Assembly: GCA_963827655.1 (NCBI GenBank)
Contig: CAWHCF010000022.1
Location: forward strand, 256,001-320,000
DNA from: an uncultured Acidobacteriota bacterium
Lineage (GTDB): Bacteria; Acidobacteriota; UBA6911
DNA length: 64,000 bases
Direction: 5' to 3'
Shown here: positions 32,674 through 44,497 of the stretch, piece after piece
How the letters are laid out: every line of letters begins with the position of its first letter
Numbering within the stretch: position 1 is the first letter of the stretch
The notes under the pieces: model-generated
The model's input: only the letters and a program-made list of their open reading frames with translations
Told to the model about the DNA's origin: nothing
Databases searched by the model: none
Program-made: the position numbers and the translations under genes

Positions 32674-35563
32674 TCAATTGCGCCGACTGGCAAAGACGGC
32701 GACGATGCGTACCCGCGCAGTACGTGGAGCCGACACCATCGGGCCTCCTGCGTTCTGTCGACTCAGTTCCTTCGAAGGAATCTGATGCCCAGTCTGCCTT
32801 GTGTTACTTCGCCAGTATCTTGACGCACCCAAGCTCACCCTGGCTGCTGTGCCTGGAGTGGCGCGGTCGATAGGTCTTCCCTGTTCGCCTATCGCCTTGA
32901 TCAGCTCCTGAGTGGCGCGGTCGAAGTTTCGGGCCTGCCGGATCAGCTCCGATGAAGCAACTGATTTAGTTGCCTCCGAAGCGGGAGATGGCGCGGATGT
33001 CTGGGTCGAGGAGGGTTCTGACGGTGGTGGGGGGTGGACCGGTCGCCCTGGAATATCCGGGCCAGCGCCGCTTCCAGCGTCTCCTCCATCGCGATTCTGT
33101 TTTCGTAGGCAACGATGACCCGTTTCAGCTCGGGAATCTTGCCGGCTTCCGCCCTCAGATACAGAGGACGAACATAGAGCAGCGCTTCTTCGATCGGAAT
33201 TACCAGCAGAGTCCCCTGAATGACCTGGGATCCCCGCTGATCCCACAATGATATCTGCCGCGAGATCTCGGCATCCTGGTTGATCCGGGCCACGATCTGT
33301 CTCGGACCGTAAATCAGCTTCTGCTTGGGAAAGCGATAGACCACCAGCTGTCCATACTGGTCGCCATCGCTGCGGCCGACCATCCAGGCTGAAAGATTAT
33401 CCTTTCGCCCCGGAGTGAACGGCAGCATCAGGATGAACTCTTCTGTTTTTTCCTGAGGGAGCCGCATGATCGTGTAGTAAGGGGACATCGAACTCTGGTT
33501 GCCCTGCGAACCGAGCGCCGGAATTTCCCAGAGATCTTCCTTGTTGTAAAAAGCCTGCGTGTTCGTCATGTGGTACACGGCATAGACGTAAGACTGAACC
33601 GTGAATATGTCTTCCGGATAGCGAAGGTGACGGCGCAGGTCCTCCGAAAGGTCCGAGAGAGGACGGAAGATTCCGGGAAAGATGGATTGATAAACCTTGA
33701 TCAGCGGATCCTTCCGATCGGCAATGTAAAGCTCGACGTTTCCATTGTAGGCGTCGATGACAAGCTTCACGGAATTGCGCATGTAATTGCCGACTCCGAT
33801 CGTCGGCGTCGAGTACGGATAACGGTCCCCTACCGTGTATGCGTCCTGGATCCAATACAATTTCCCGTCGGATATCACGAGGTAGGGATCTTTGTCGGGC
33901 AGCAGGAAGGGCGCGACCCGCCGGACGCGACTCTTGATATCCCGAAAGTAGAGGAAGCGGCTTTCAGATTTGAGCAGTGGCGACAGAACGATGTTTGCAT
34001 CCTTGAAATAAAACGCAAAGAGCAGCTTCCTGAAAAACGAGTTGACCGGGACGCCGCCGGAGCCCTGGTATGAAGTGAAGACATTCTCCTCCCCGGCAGG
34101 ATAGTCGAACTCCTGCTCACCGGTCTTGACCACGACATATCCGGTCGTCAGCTCGCCGAAGTAGATCTCGGGGCGGTCGATTTTGAAAGTCGGTTGCGCC
34201 GAGCGCGGAGGTATATCCTGCACCAGCAAGACCGGTAGCCCTTCGGTGGTCACACGATTGACAGGGCCCAGCGTCAGGCCGTATCCGTGGGTGAATTGCA
34301 GATGCTCGTTGATCCACTTGCGATCGGGCAGGCTGGCCGAGTTCAACTCGCGGGCGGACAGCATCATCTGCTGAGTCAGCCCGTTGAGAGTATAGCGATC
34401 ATTATCCACCGAGGTGAAATCGTAGTAGGTTCGGATCTCCTGGATCTGGCTGAAGGTGTCGAGCAGCGGTTCGTGATCCCAGAGACGAATGCTCTGAATG
34501 GTGGCCGCATTCGCTCGAATATCCGCGGGAGTGAGAGCCTTGTCTCCTGACAGATTCCTCTCCTGAACATTGTCCAGGCCGTACCCTTGTATCGTTGCCT
34601 CAATGTTGTGCTGGATCTGCGGCGATTCCCTTCCCAGCTCATTGGGAGCCACGATAAACCTGTGTACGATGGCCGGATAGACCCGTCCTGCAACGATGAA
34701 CACAAAATACAGGGCAACCGCCCCGATCGCCCCGCGGTAGGTCGAGGAGAAGGCGTTGTAAATCCAGAGCAGCCGCGCCCAGCGAGAGCGGCTGCCGCCA
34801 GCAGCGAAAGCATCGGAAGGCGCGCATTGAGGTCCGTGTACGTAGCCCCATACAGAGGGCCGCCATGATTCGAAAAAAGGATCTGAAACCGGCTGATATA
34901 GGCATCGGCTGCGAGCAGCAGGAATGCCAGCGCCGCCAGCAGAGAAACGTGCCGCCTGACGCGGCTTCCCCTCTCAAAGGTGCGGATTCTCGGAAGCGAC
35001 ACGGCACCCTTGAAGTAGTACAGGACCAATACTCCCACGCCCGAAAAGAAACAAAGAACCAGACCGAGGCGCACCACTTCTTCAAAGACCGGCAGCGAAA
35101 AGAAGTAAAAACCGATGTCTCGCGTAAAGACCCTGTCCGTGACCTCGAAATTGACGCTGTGCAGCCACCGCCAGACGATCTCCCACCTCTGGGCGCTGCG
35201 CATCGCGAGCACGAATGCAATTCCAAGCGAAATCAGGCCCAGTACTCGCCGGATCTGTTCATTGGGGAAAGTGTAGGCGGTGATTTGACCGCTGGGAGTC
35301 GGAATTCCGATCTGGATGTTGCCAGGGCTTCTATGGGCGTACCAGAGATTCAGATACAGGAACAAAAAGACCAGGAAGAGCGTGGCCGAAAAGACAGAGC
35401 CTTTGGCGTAAAGAGTCGTGGTAAATATAGTCGCTTTGCCGATCTCCTGAAACCAGAGCCAATCGAAGTACATGTCGACGGCAAAAGAGAGCCCTCCGAG
35501 GAGCACAAAGAAAGCCACGACTACGAACATGAATGGGATTCTCTTGCGCATAGAAAGCCTCAC
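32674..35563 (-). CDS. UPF0182 family membrane protein; frameshift near 34750 and garbled 3' end
   Basis: [27 protein letters not shown]-like [20 protein letters not shown]. Confidence 0.88.
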
Positions 35564-35614
35564 GCCTCGCTCATTGTTTTTTCCAGCATGTCACTACGTT
35601 ACGGATAAATCAAG

Positions 35615-35827
35615 CGATTGACGATTTACAAGATTGACGATTGACGATTGACGATTGACGATTTACCAATAAGGATTCGCGGCAGGTCAGGTATGAACAA
35701 TCGTCAATCGTCAATCCGTCGGTCAATCGTCAATTCGTCGGTTAATCGTTAATGGCTAATCGTCGATCGGCAATCGTAAATCGTCAATCGTCGGCCAATC
35801 GTCAATCGTCAATCGTCAATCGTCAAT
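35615..35827. repeat. Heptamer (GATTGAC / GTCAATC) inverted tandem repeat overlapping the start of the next gene
   Basis: gattgacgattgacgattgacgattgacg ... tcgtcaatcgtcaatc. Confidence 0.85.
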
Positions 35828-37623
35828 CCCTGGTCGTGGCCCTCGTCGCGGCGCTCCTGTACCTCCCGGCCTTGTCCTACGATTTCACTTTCGACGACGG
35901 GACGATCGTGGCGAGAAACCCGGCGGTTCAGGACTGGGGGAACTGGAAGCTCATTTTCTTCTCGGATTACTGGCCCGAGGCACACTCGGCCCTGTATCGC
36001 CCCGTGACGATTTTTTCCTTCGCGCTGGAGAGACTGCTCCATGGCGCCGCCCCGTCCGGTTTTCATTTGACCAACCTTTTCCTTCACTCGGCGGTTTCCG
36101 CCATGGTCTTCCTGCTGGCCACACGGCTGATGGGAACGACCTGGGGCGCTGCGCTGGCGGGCATTCTCTTCGCGGTTCACCCTGTGCATTGCGAAGCGGT
36201 AAGCGGCGTTGTCGGGCGCGCCGAATTACTCTCGTCCCTGTTGGGCCTTGGAGCTTTTTGGATCTGGGCCGGCGACCCGGATTCGGATCGGTCTTCCGGG
36301 CCACGCCCAGCCTTGCTGAAAGGAATGTTACTGTATCTCCTCGCGCTGGGAGCCAAGGAGAATGTGATCATTCTCCCGGGAGTTCTTTTTCTCTGGGAGA
36401 TTGCGCGCGCGCGCGCCGGAGCAGTAGGGGCGCAAATCCGTCAGGTGGTTCGAAGCCCCAGGCTCTGGGGACTCATCGCTGTGACGCTGGGGTTCCTGGC
36501 GATACGAAGCATGGCGTTGGGGGGGATTCAGGCCTCGCTGAGTCCTGCGCCGTCATTCGTTGAGAACCCGCTGGTACGCGAGCCTGCAGCGGCCCGCATC
36601 CTGAGCGCTCTCTCCAACCAATGGCATGCGCTGGTCCTCCACGTAATACCTCGTCCCTTGATTGCCGACTACTCCTTCGACACTTTGCCCGTAGTTCATA
36701 GCTGGATGAATCTCAAAGCCGCTGCCATGCTGCTGTTCGCCATAGGCTCCCTGGCGCTCTGGGGAATGAGACACCGGATGGCGGCTGTTCTGACCCTGGT
36801 CCCTTCCTGGTATCTACTGGCCGTCTTGCCCACGAGCAACATCCCCTTGGCGATTGGAACCGTCTTTGCCGAACGTCTGCTTTACTTCCCGTCGGTTGCG
36901 TTCTGTATTGGAGTAGGGGCGCTTGCTTCAGCCGCCTTGGGACGGGAAGCCGCGATGTGGAAGATACCGGTTTCTCGCGCGGGCAAGGCGATCCTGGGTT
37001 GTTCTCTGCTTGTCGTCCTCGCGTTTTCGGTGCTGACGCTCGCGCGTAATCCTGTCTGGAAGAACGACCTGGCGCTGTTCACAGACACGGTGGACAAAGC
37101 CCCCCGCAATGTCAAAGCCCGCTTGTGGCTCGGAGACTCTCTGGTGCGGTCTGGAGATCTGAGCGCCGCGATCAGTCAGTACCGCGCGGCCCTGGAAATC
37201 TATCCCGACTACGCGCCCGCGGCCGCCAACCTTGTCGTTCCATTGAAGGGTCTGGGAAGGCTGCAGGAAGCGATCGACACTGGCGAACGAGCGCGTGCGT
37301 TATTCGGAAATGAGAATGCCGGACTGCTTTATAACCTGGCACTCACCTACCTCGAGGCCGGCGAGCCGGTGCCCTTTCTCGACTACATGGGACGGGTTGT
37401 AAGACTTGAGCCAAACAACAGCAGGGCTCACCTGCGGCTTGGGCTGTACTATTTCCAGCGCGGAGCCGACCGCGCCGCTGCCCGAGCGCACCTCGAGCAG
37501 GCGCTGCGATCGAACCCTTCGGCCGAGGATGCCGCCGCGATCAAGAACTTACTGGCGAGAATCAGTTCTTCCCCGCTAGTGTCTGCAAAGATGGTGGGCG
37601 CGCTTTTGCCTCGCGCCCTGTAA
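35752..37623 (+). CDS. TMTC-like (GT-C fold, DUF1736-type) membrane protein with C-terminal TPRs
   Basis: FTFDD, YRPV, FAVHPVHCEAVSGVVGRAE, AERLLYFPS, RNPVWKND, TPR helices. Confidence 0.82.
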   Translation: MANRRSAIVNRQSSANRQSSIVNRQSLVVALVAALLYLPALSYDFTFDDGTIVARNPAVQDWGNWKLIFFSDYWPEAHSALYRPVTIFSFALERLLHGAAPSGFHLTNLFLHSAVSAMVFLLATRLMGTTWGAALAGILFAVHPVHCEAVSGVVGRAELLSSLLGLGAFWIWAGDPDSDRSSGPRPALLKGMLLYLLALGAKENVIILPGVLFLWEIARARAGAVGAQIRQVVRSPRLWGLIAVTLGFLAIRSMALGGIQASLSPAPSFVENPLVREPAAARILSALSNQWHALVLHVIPRPLIADYSFDTLPVVHSWMNLKAAAMLLFAIGSLALWGMRHRMAAVLTLVPSWYLLAVLPTSNIPLAIGTVFAERLLYFPSVAFCIGVGALASAALGREAAMWKIPVSRAGKAILGCSLLVVLAFSVLTLARNPVWKNDLALFTDTVDKAPRNVKARLWLGDSLVRSGDLSAAISQYRAALEIYPDYAPAAANLVVPLKGLGRLQEAIDTGERARALFGNENAGLLYNLALTYLEAGEPVPFLDYMGRVVRLEPNNSRAHLRLGLYYFQRGADRAAARAHLEQALRSNPSAEDAAAIKNLLARISSSPLVSAKMVGALLPRAL

Positions 37624-38018
37624 GAAGGTGCGACAGAAATTGATGCCGTGGCGCGGGTCATCAGCGAAACTGTCGCAAACTGCCCCCGGTTATGTACGGA
37701 CGGGCAATCAGAGCCACGTCCGGCTCCCGAGGGCCCTACTGGACTTTTAAGCGTTAAGGCGCCGCGACTACATAACTTGCTGACGGGCCAATGCGCCCGT
37801 CGCCACAGGGTGCTTGGACATAGTCGCCGTCAAAGCCGCTCGCGGCGTCGCGGCTGCAGCTTGCCATCAGGTCGGCTAATTATCCTCGCCCCTCACAGGG
37901 CTAAAGGGTCTGCCGGACCGATCAAGATGCCGTCGCTGAAGGTTCACAGCTTCTAAGGCCGGGATTAATTACCTCGTGTTGAGCGCTGAAGGCGCTGCAC
38001 ATGTTAATAGCCATCGTG

Positions 38019-41000
38019 TTACGCGGCGACTGCGGTTGCCCTCACACTCGCAAGCACCGCCACCAACTCGTCAACCTGCGAAGAACTGAAAAGCCCGTCA
38101 GGTCCCCGCGGCGTGAGATCCGTGAACGGCGACTCGTAAAGCAGCGCGGCCTCCATCACGCCGTGCTCGGTCAAGTGGTTCACGATCAGGTTCACGAACT
38201 CGATCTGGTTCGCGCCGAGCGTCTTCCCTGCCAGGAACCCTGCCAGCGCCCCTTTGGCCGCCTCGCGATCCATCCCCACCAGAGATCGAACGAACAAGCC
38301 TAGCCCCTGCGACTCCGTTCTTGCGCGGTTGACGTACTCGGCCGCCCCGACGCCGCTCTGCGACGAGCATTCGCTCCAGTTCGGCCAGATCGGCCGCAGT
38401 GAGCGGCCTGGTTCATCCGCAGCTTGTGGATCGTGACGTGATCCTGGTGCGCGCGCAAAAATGCCTGCGCCTTCGCGCGGAACTTCGCGTAGTCCGTGCC
38501 TTCCGCGAAGCCGGGCAGCGCAAAGTCGGTTTCGCCGCCCATCACATCCTCAAAATCGGTGTAGATGGGTTTGCGCTTCTGCTTTTCGATCAACTTCACG
38601 AGATCCCGCAGGCGCCGCCGGACACTCTCGAGCATCGGGATGGTCACGTCCTGCCACCACTCGTCCGTCTGCACCTCCTGGATGAGCGCCATCTGCTCAC
38701 GCACCATCGGAATGGCCGACTTCTCCTCGAGCAGACCGGCGATTTCCTTGACCTGATCCCGCAGACGCTCGAAGCCCGGTTCTGAGCGAAGACGCGCGAG
38801 CTGCAGGTTGAGAAGGAGCAGATCGAAGCGTTTCGCCTCTTCGGCCTCAGCCTCTAGTTCCGACGGCAAACCCGCGACCTCGTGCGACAGCTCCGACAAG
38901 GCCTCGGCAGAGAGCGCCGTCCACGCTTTCGAGCGTGGAGTACTTCTCCACGACGCGGCGATGCGGCCGGACCACGAAGTTGTCGAGGTTCATCGCCGCC
39001 ACTTCCCTGTGCAGCAGCTCGCCGATCGCGTGCCGGACTTCCGCGTCGGTCTTCGGCTCGCCGTAGGCAGTGATTTCAGGCTGCTTCACGCTCTCACCGG
39101 CGCCATGCTTGTCCAACTCGCCGATCAGCTCCAATCGTGCCGTGAACAGCCGCTTGCCCAGCGACTCTGCCGGCGCACCTTCGGTCGCCTCGGGGTTCTG
39201 GCTGAAGTACTCCAGGTTCTGGCAGTAGTCGAAGAGGTAGAAGAACGGCTTGTGCTGCCCGGGCCCGAACAGGTCGGGGCAGAGGCGCGTGCCTCGGCCA
39301 ACCATCTGCCAGAACTTGGTCTTCGAGCGCACCAGCTTGAAGAAGACCAGGTTCACGACTTCCGGGATGTCGATGCCGGTATCGAGCATGTCCACTGAAA
39401 TTGCGATGTGCGGCGCCTTGTCCTTGTTCGAGAAGTTGTCGATCAGGCTTTGCGCGTACTCGGTCTTGAAGGTGATGACGCGCGCGAACTCACCTTTGTA
39501 ATGCGGATAGTTCGCGTTGAAGCGCTCGGCGATGAACTCCGCATGGGCCTGGTTCTTGGCGAAGACGATGGTCTTTCCCAGGCGGTCGCCCCCTGCGACC
39601 TTCATGCCGCGCGTCATCAGGTGCTCGAGCACCTTGTCGACCGTGTCCTTGTTGAAGAGCCACTTGTTGACGGCTTCGGCCTCGACCCGGTCGGGCACAC
39701 CGCCGTCCTCGTCCCACTCGAGCGCATCCCACTGGTCCTTGTCGTCTTCCGACAGGTCGTCGTACTTGATCCCCTCGCGCTGGAACTTGAGCGGCACCGA
39801 GACGGCCTTCGGCGGCACGAGAAAGCCGTCTCTCACTGCTTCTTCGAGCGAGTAGGCGTCGGTCGGCACGCCGTTTTCGAGATCGAACAGGCCGTAGGTA
39901 TTGCGGTCCACCTCGTCCTTGGGTGTGGCGGTGAGCCCGACCAGCAGCGAATCGAAGTAGTCGAAGATGGCGCGGTACTTCTGGAATACCGAGCGGTGCG
40001 CCTCGTCAATGATCACCAGATCGAAGTGGCCGGCGCCGAAGCGGCGCTGGCCCTGCCGCGTCTCGTCGATCAGCCCCATCATCGTCGGATAGGTCGAGAC
40101 GAAGACGCGCCCCTCGGCGTCCTTCTCGGTGACCAGATTCACCGGCGCCGCGTCGGGCAGATGCCGCTTGAACGCATTCACCGCCTGGTTGACGAGCGCC
40201 ACGCGGTCCGCCAGAAACAGCACCCGCTTCACCCAGTTGCAGCGCATCAGCAGATCGCAGAGCGCGATCACCGTGCGGGTCTTGCCCGCGCCGGTGGCCA
40301 TCACCAGGAGCGCCTTGCGGTCGTGATCGCGCTCGAAGGCCTCGGCGATGCGGCGAATGCCGCGCGTCTGGTAGAACCGCTCGACGATGGCCGGGTTGAC
40401 CTCGGCGGCGGCCAGAGACTTCCGGCTGCTGCGCCGCTGGATGACGAGCTCCAGCTCCGCCTTCTTGTAGAAGCCCTGCACCCGGCGCGGCGGATAAGAC
40501 GCGTCGTCCCACAGCCAGTGCTCGTAGCCGTTCGAGTAGAAGATCAGCGGGCGCCGGCCGAACTGCCGCTCCAGGCAGTCGGCATAGAGCTTGGCCTGCT
40601 GCTGCCCCACGCGCGGGTCGCGGCGGGTGCGCTTGGCTTCGACCAGGCCCAGGGGCTTGCCGTCGTCGCCCCAGAGCACGTAGTCCACAAAACCCTTGCC
40701 TTCCCGGTTGGGCATGCCGGCGACTTCGAACTCCCGGTCGCGGGCCTGGTCCAGCGGCCAGCCGGCTTCTTTCAACAGCAGGTCGATGAAGAAGTCGCGC
40801 GTCTCGGTTTCCGCATAATCGTGGGTATCGGGCTGCGCCGCGGCGGCCTTTTTCGCCTCGGCCACTTCGGCGCGCAGGCGCTTCAGCTCCTCATCGAGCG
40901 TCGACCTGTCGGCCAGGAGCGCCGCGAGTTTCTCGTCGCGTTCGCGCAGCGCGGTCTCGAGCCGCTGCAGCTGTTCGGCGGTCTGCTTCGGCGCCGGCGC

Positions 41001-41429
41001 AGCCTTCGGCAGCGCGCTCGCGTCGAAGACCAGCCCGGGCGCCGGGCGCACCGCGCGGCCGTAGGTGCGAGCCAGCCAGTACGTCACATGGAACAGCTCG
41101 CGCACGGCAACCAGCGCGTCGTCCGCCGGGATCGCGCGGTGGCTGTGGACGGCGCGGTTGCCGAGCGTGTTGACCACCCGCGCCTTGCTGAAGACGGCCT
41201 CCCCCGCCGTCTGCTTGAAGCTCGGCTCGTGGATCAGCGCGCTCAGATTGTCCTGGTACGGCAGCTTCAGCGCCGCGTCGTGCTTGTAGGCCCACGCCAC
41301 AGCCAGCTCGAGCGCGCGCCGGGCGTAGAAGCAGGCCGTGCGCGGGTCGGCGTGAACCGCCGCCTCGGCCTTGCCGGCGGCCTCGAACACGTCCGGCCAT
41401 TCGCGCTGGAGGAAGGCGAAGTGGGTCAT
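38019..41429 (-). CDS. hsdR: Type I restriction endonuclease subunit R (DUF4145 N-terminus, EcoEI-like C-terminus); frameshifts near 38930, 38400 and 38330
   Basis: VDYVL...VEAK nuclease motif, [35 protein letters not shown]. Confidence 0.92.
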
Positions 41430-41445
41430 TGGCTCCGCTCCGCCA

Positions 41446-41531
41446 TGTCGCAAGTTTGTCGCAAGTTATGTCGCAGGTCTGTCATCGCGTGTCACAGCTT
41501 GTCACAGCTCCGTGTCACAGCCTGTCATAGC
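41446..41531. repeat. Eight tandem TGTC(G/A)CA-type units spaced 10-13 bp
   Basis: TGTCGCAAGTT TGTCGCAAGTTA TGTCGCAGGTC TGTCATCGCG TGTCACAGCT TGTCACAGCTCCG TGTCACAGCC TGTCATAGC. Confidence 0.75.
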
Positions 41532-41658
41532 TTCCCGGGCAATTCACCCACTCGTCCGAGAGCGTCGCCGCCTCCAGAAACCCTCGCGCCCGCTCGATGG
41601 CCGTCAGGCCGGCGGTGATTGTGTTGGTGATGGTGAAGCGGGGAGCGAAGGAGACCAC
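41515..41658 (-). pseudogene. N-terminal remnant of a Fic-family gene
   Basis: [37 protein letters not shown] resembles Fic N-termini as I recall them; no HPFxDGNGR core follows. Confidence 0.6.
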
Positions 41659-41660
41659 GG

Positions 41661-42866
41661 CTACAGCTCCCCGCGGAAGGCGCGATGCTGGAGCGAGGCG
41701 AAGAGCGCGTCGAGTTCGGCGAGCGAGGCGCGGTGGGTGGCTTTGAGTTTCTCGACGGCGGCGACGCGGCGAGCGAAGTCGTGCTGGAGCTCGACGGTGG
41801 GCAGCGGAATCGGCATCCTTCGAAATCGCCCTGGTCAAGTTCGACGCGCTGCGCCGTCGTACTGTAGTCTCGAGCATCTCGCTCTGACAGCGGCAATGTC
41901 GCAGAACAGCATCGAAGAAACATCGGTCGACGCATTGCTCCAGCGGTCGCAGCCGCAATGATGCGTCGTGTTGAGTAGCAATGCGGCAATGCTCGTCAGG
42001 CACATCGCGCGATCGTCCGCAGGTCGCCAGTCCTTCGCGACGAGCACGTCGCCGCATCGACGCGTAGTGCGTCGTAACGTCTGCGTCGTACTTCGTCGGC
42101 GATGAATGCCGTTCGGTGTCGTCGACGAAACTCGTCCGTCGACGATGTTCATCGACGTTCGATAAGCCTGATGCGCTTCGTCGCGAATTGCTGCGGCTCG
42201 CTCGGCACCTTCCTGAATGAGCTCGCACACGTTCGCCAACGTCTCGACGATTGGCCATCCCTTCGGATTCGTGGCGGGGTCGCCGAACATGTCGAGGAAG
42301 ATGGATTGGGTGAGGGTGTCGAGTTGGGCGAGGGCGGCGCGGCGCTTGGCCCGCAGCGCCTCCGCCCGGTCCAGCACCTCCGCAATCCGCCGCTGCTCGG
42401 GGAGGGGCGGGAGCGGGATCTCGACTCCGTGCGCCATGTCGTCTGGAACGTCGCTTGAACAGTTGCGCCCGTCGCCTGCATGCGCACTGTCGGCGTGAAT
42501 CTGAGCGCATGAGAAGTGGAGCAAGTAGTCGCCATCCAGGTTCGTCGGCAGTCGCGGACGCATGCATGCTCGATGGCTGCAACCATACGCCGACGTCGAT
42601 CAGCCGATGATACGTCGCGCACGTTCGTTGCGACAGGCACTGCGATTGCAGAAAGGACGTCTGCCGGCAGCAATACGTCTGGACTCGCACTGACTTCGCT
42701 GCATCGGAGTCGACCCACGATCCTTCGACGTCTGGACCTCCGGAGCTCGCAGGCTCGATGCTGACAGATCGAGTGGCCGTTCGCGTGCGTCGCAACTCGA
42801 CGGAGCTCCACCGTTGATCGACGCTTCACGCAAGCTCGCCGAGTGGCAATCGAGCCAGCGACTCAT
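41661..42866 (-). CDS. hsdS: Type I R-M specificity subunit; conserved regions intact, both TRDs unreadable
   Basis: ATGA overlap with hsdM stop; [17 protein letters not shown]...[16 protein letters not shown]; C-terminal [18 protein letters not shown]. Confidence 0.85.
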
Positions 42867-44401
42867 CCCAGCATCCCCTCCAGGTCCTTCATCCCCTGCT
42901 GGATCTCCGCCTCCAGCTTCGCCAGGTCGGCGAGGATCTCCTTGGGCGCGCGGTGATCGATCTCCTCGTGCACCACCTCCTTGTAGCGGTTGAGCGAGAG
43001 GTCGTAGCCCTGGGCGGCGATGTCGGCCTTGGGCACGCAGAAACTCTGCGCGGTGCGCGGCCGCTCGCGCTCGGAGCCATTACGCTGCGACCAGCGCGCC
43101 AGCACGTCGGGCAGGTTGTTCTTGCTGTGCTCCTCCGCAGTCAGCGTCGTGCGCGGCACAGGGCCGAGCTTGTCTTCGGAGAGAAGCGGCGTGCGCTTGT
43201 CGTCGAGGCTCCAGCCGTCGGCGTCCACGTCGTAGAACCAGACCTGGTCGGTGCCGCCGGAATTGGTCTTGGTGAAGAGCAGGATCGCGGTGGACACGCC
43301 CGCGTAGGGCTTGAACACCCCGCCGGGGAGCGATACCACGGCGTCGAGCTTCTGCTCCTCCACCAGGATGCGGCGCAGCTCCTTGTGCGCCTTGCTCGAG
43401 CCGAACAGCACGCCGTCGGGCACGATCACCGCGGCGCGGCCGCCGGGTTTGAGCAGCTTCAGGAAGAGCGCGAGGAAGAGCAGCTCGGTCTTCCTGGTCT
43501 TGACGATCTGCAGCAGGTCCTTCGCGGTGTTCTCGTAGTCGAGGCTGCCCGCGAAGGGCGGATTGGCGAGCACCAGGGTATGGGTCTCCTCGTCGGCCGC
43601 GTGATCCTGGGCCAGCGAGTCGCGGTAGCGGATGTCGGGGTTCTCCACGCCGTGCAGCAGCATGTTCATGCTGCCGATGCGCAGCATGGTGTTGTCGAAA
43701 TCGAAGCCGTGGAACATGCGGTGGTGGAAGTGTTCCCTGAGCTTCGCGTCGTGCAGGATATTCGGGTGGCGCTCGCGCAGGTACTCGCCGGCCGCGACGA
43801 GAAAGCCGGCCGTGCCGCAGGCGGGGTCGCAGATCAAATCGGTCGGCTGGGGCGCCGTCATCTCCACCATCAGCCGGATGACGTGGCGCGGCGTGCGGAA
43901 CTGGCCGTTCTGCCCGGCGGTCGCGATCTTGCCGAGCATGTACTCGTAGAGGTCGCCCTTGGTGTCGCGATCCTCCATGGGCACCCCGTCGAGCAGGTCG
44001 ACCACTTTGGCCAGCAGCGCCGGCGTCGGGATGGTGAAGCGCGCGTCCTTCATGTGGTGCGCGTAGGTGGAGTCGTCGCCGCCCAGCGTGCGCAGGAACG
44101 GGAAGACGTGCTCGCCCACGACGGCGTACATCTCCGCCGGCGCCAGGTGCTTGAAGCGCGACCAGCGCAGGTCCTCGTAGGCGCGGCCCCTGGCGTCCTT
44201 GCCCTCCGGGAAGATGCGGCGCGCCATCGGCTTCTTGAGCCGGGCGGACTTGTTCTCCTCCAGCGTGTGCAGGTCGTCCAGACGGCGCAGGAAGAGCAGG
44301 TAGGTGATCTGCTCGATGACCTCGAGCGGGTTGGAGATGCCGCCGGACCAGAATGCGTCCCAGATGCGGTCGATCTGGTTCTTGATTTCACCTGTGATCA
44401 T
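42863..44401 (-). CDS. hsdM: Type I R-M N6-adenine methyltransferase subunit M
   Basis: GQFRTPR, DPACGTAGFL, ANPPF. Confidence 0.95.
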   Translation of the reverse strand: MITGEIKNQIDRIWDAFWSGGISNPLEVIEQITYLLFLRRLDDLHTLEENKSARLKKPMARRIFPEGKDARGRAYEDLRWSRFKHLAPAEMYAVVGEHVFPFLRTLGGDDSTYAHHMKDARFTIPTPALLAKVVDLLDGVPMEDRDTKGDLYEYMLGKIATAGQNGQFRTPRHVIRLMVEMTAPQPTDLICDPACGTAGFLVAAGEYLRERHPNILHDAKLREHFHHRMFHGFDFDNTMLRIGSMNMLLHGVENPDIRYRDSLAQDHAADEETHTLVLANPPFAGSLDYENTAKDLLQIVKTRKTELLFLALFLKLLKPGGRAAVIVPDGVLFGSSKAHKELRRILVEEQKLDAVVSLPGGVFKPYAGVSTAILLFTKTNSGGTDQVWFYDVDADGWSLDDKRTPLLSEDKLGPVPRTTLTAEEHSKNNLPDVLARWSQRNGSERERPRTAQSFCVPKADIAAQGYDLSLNRYKEVVHEEIDHRAPKEILADLAKLEAEIQQGMKDLEGMLG

Positions 44402-44497
44402 TTCGGATTCCGCGAAAGTCTATCACGTCCAGGCAACAAAGTTTCCTGGCGTTTCTTCGCGTCTTGGTGTCTTGGTGGTATTGTTTAACCGAGAACC

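Noticed and set aside
32674-32940. Novel C-terminal extension on the UPF0182 protein
   Set aside because: The region has a duplicated cgaccgcgccactc and a smeared version of the expected ending, so it looks like a local consensus artefact.
37648-38010. Short ORFs or an att site at the left edge of the R-M island
   Set aside because: No protein-like sequence, tRNA or matching direct repeat at the other edge that I can see.
39408-44488. Long plus-strand ORFs (736 aa and 511 aa)
   Set aside because: They are antisense shadows of the high-GC hsdR and hsdM genes.
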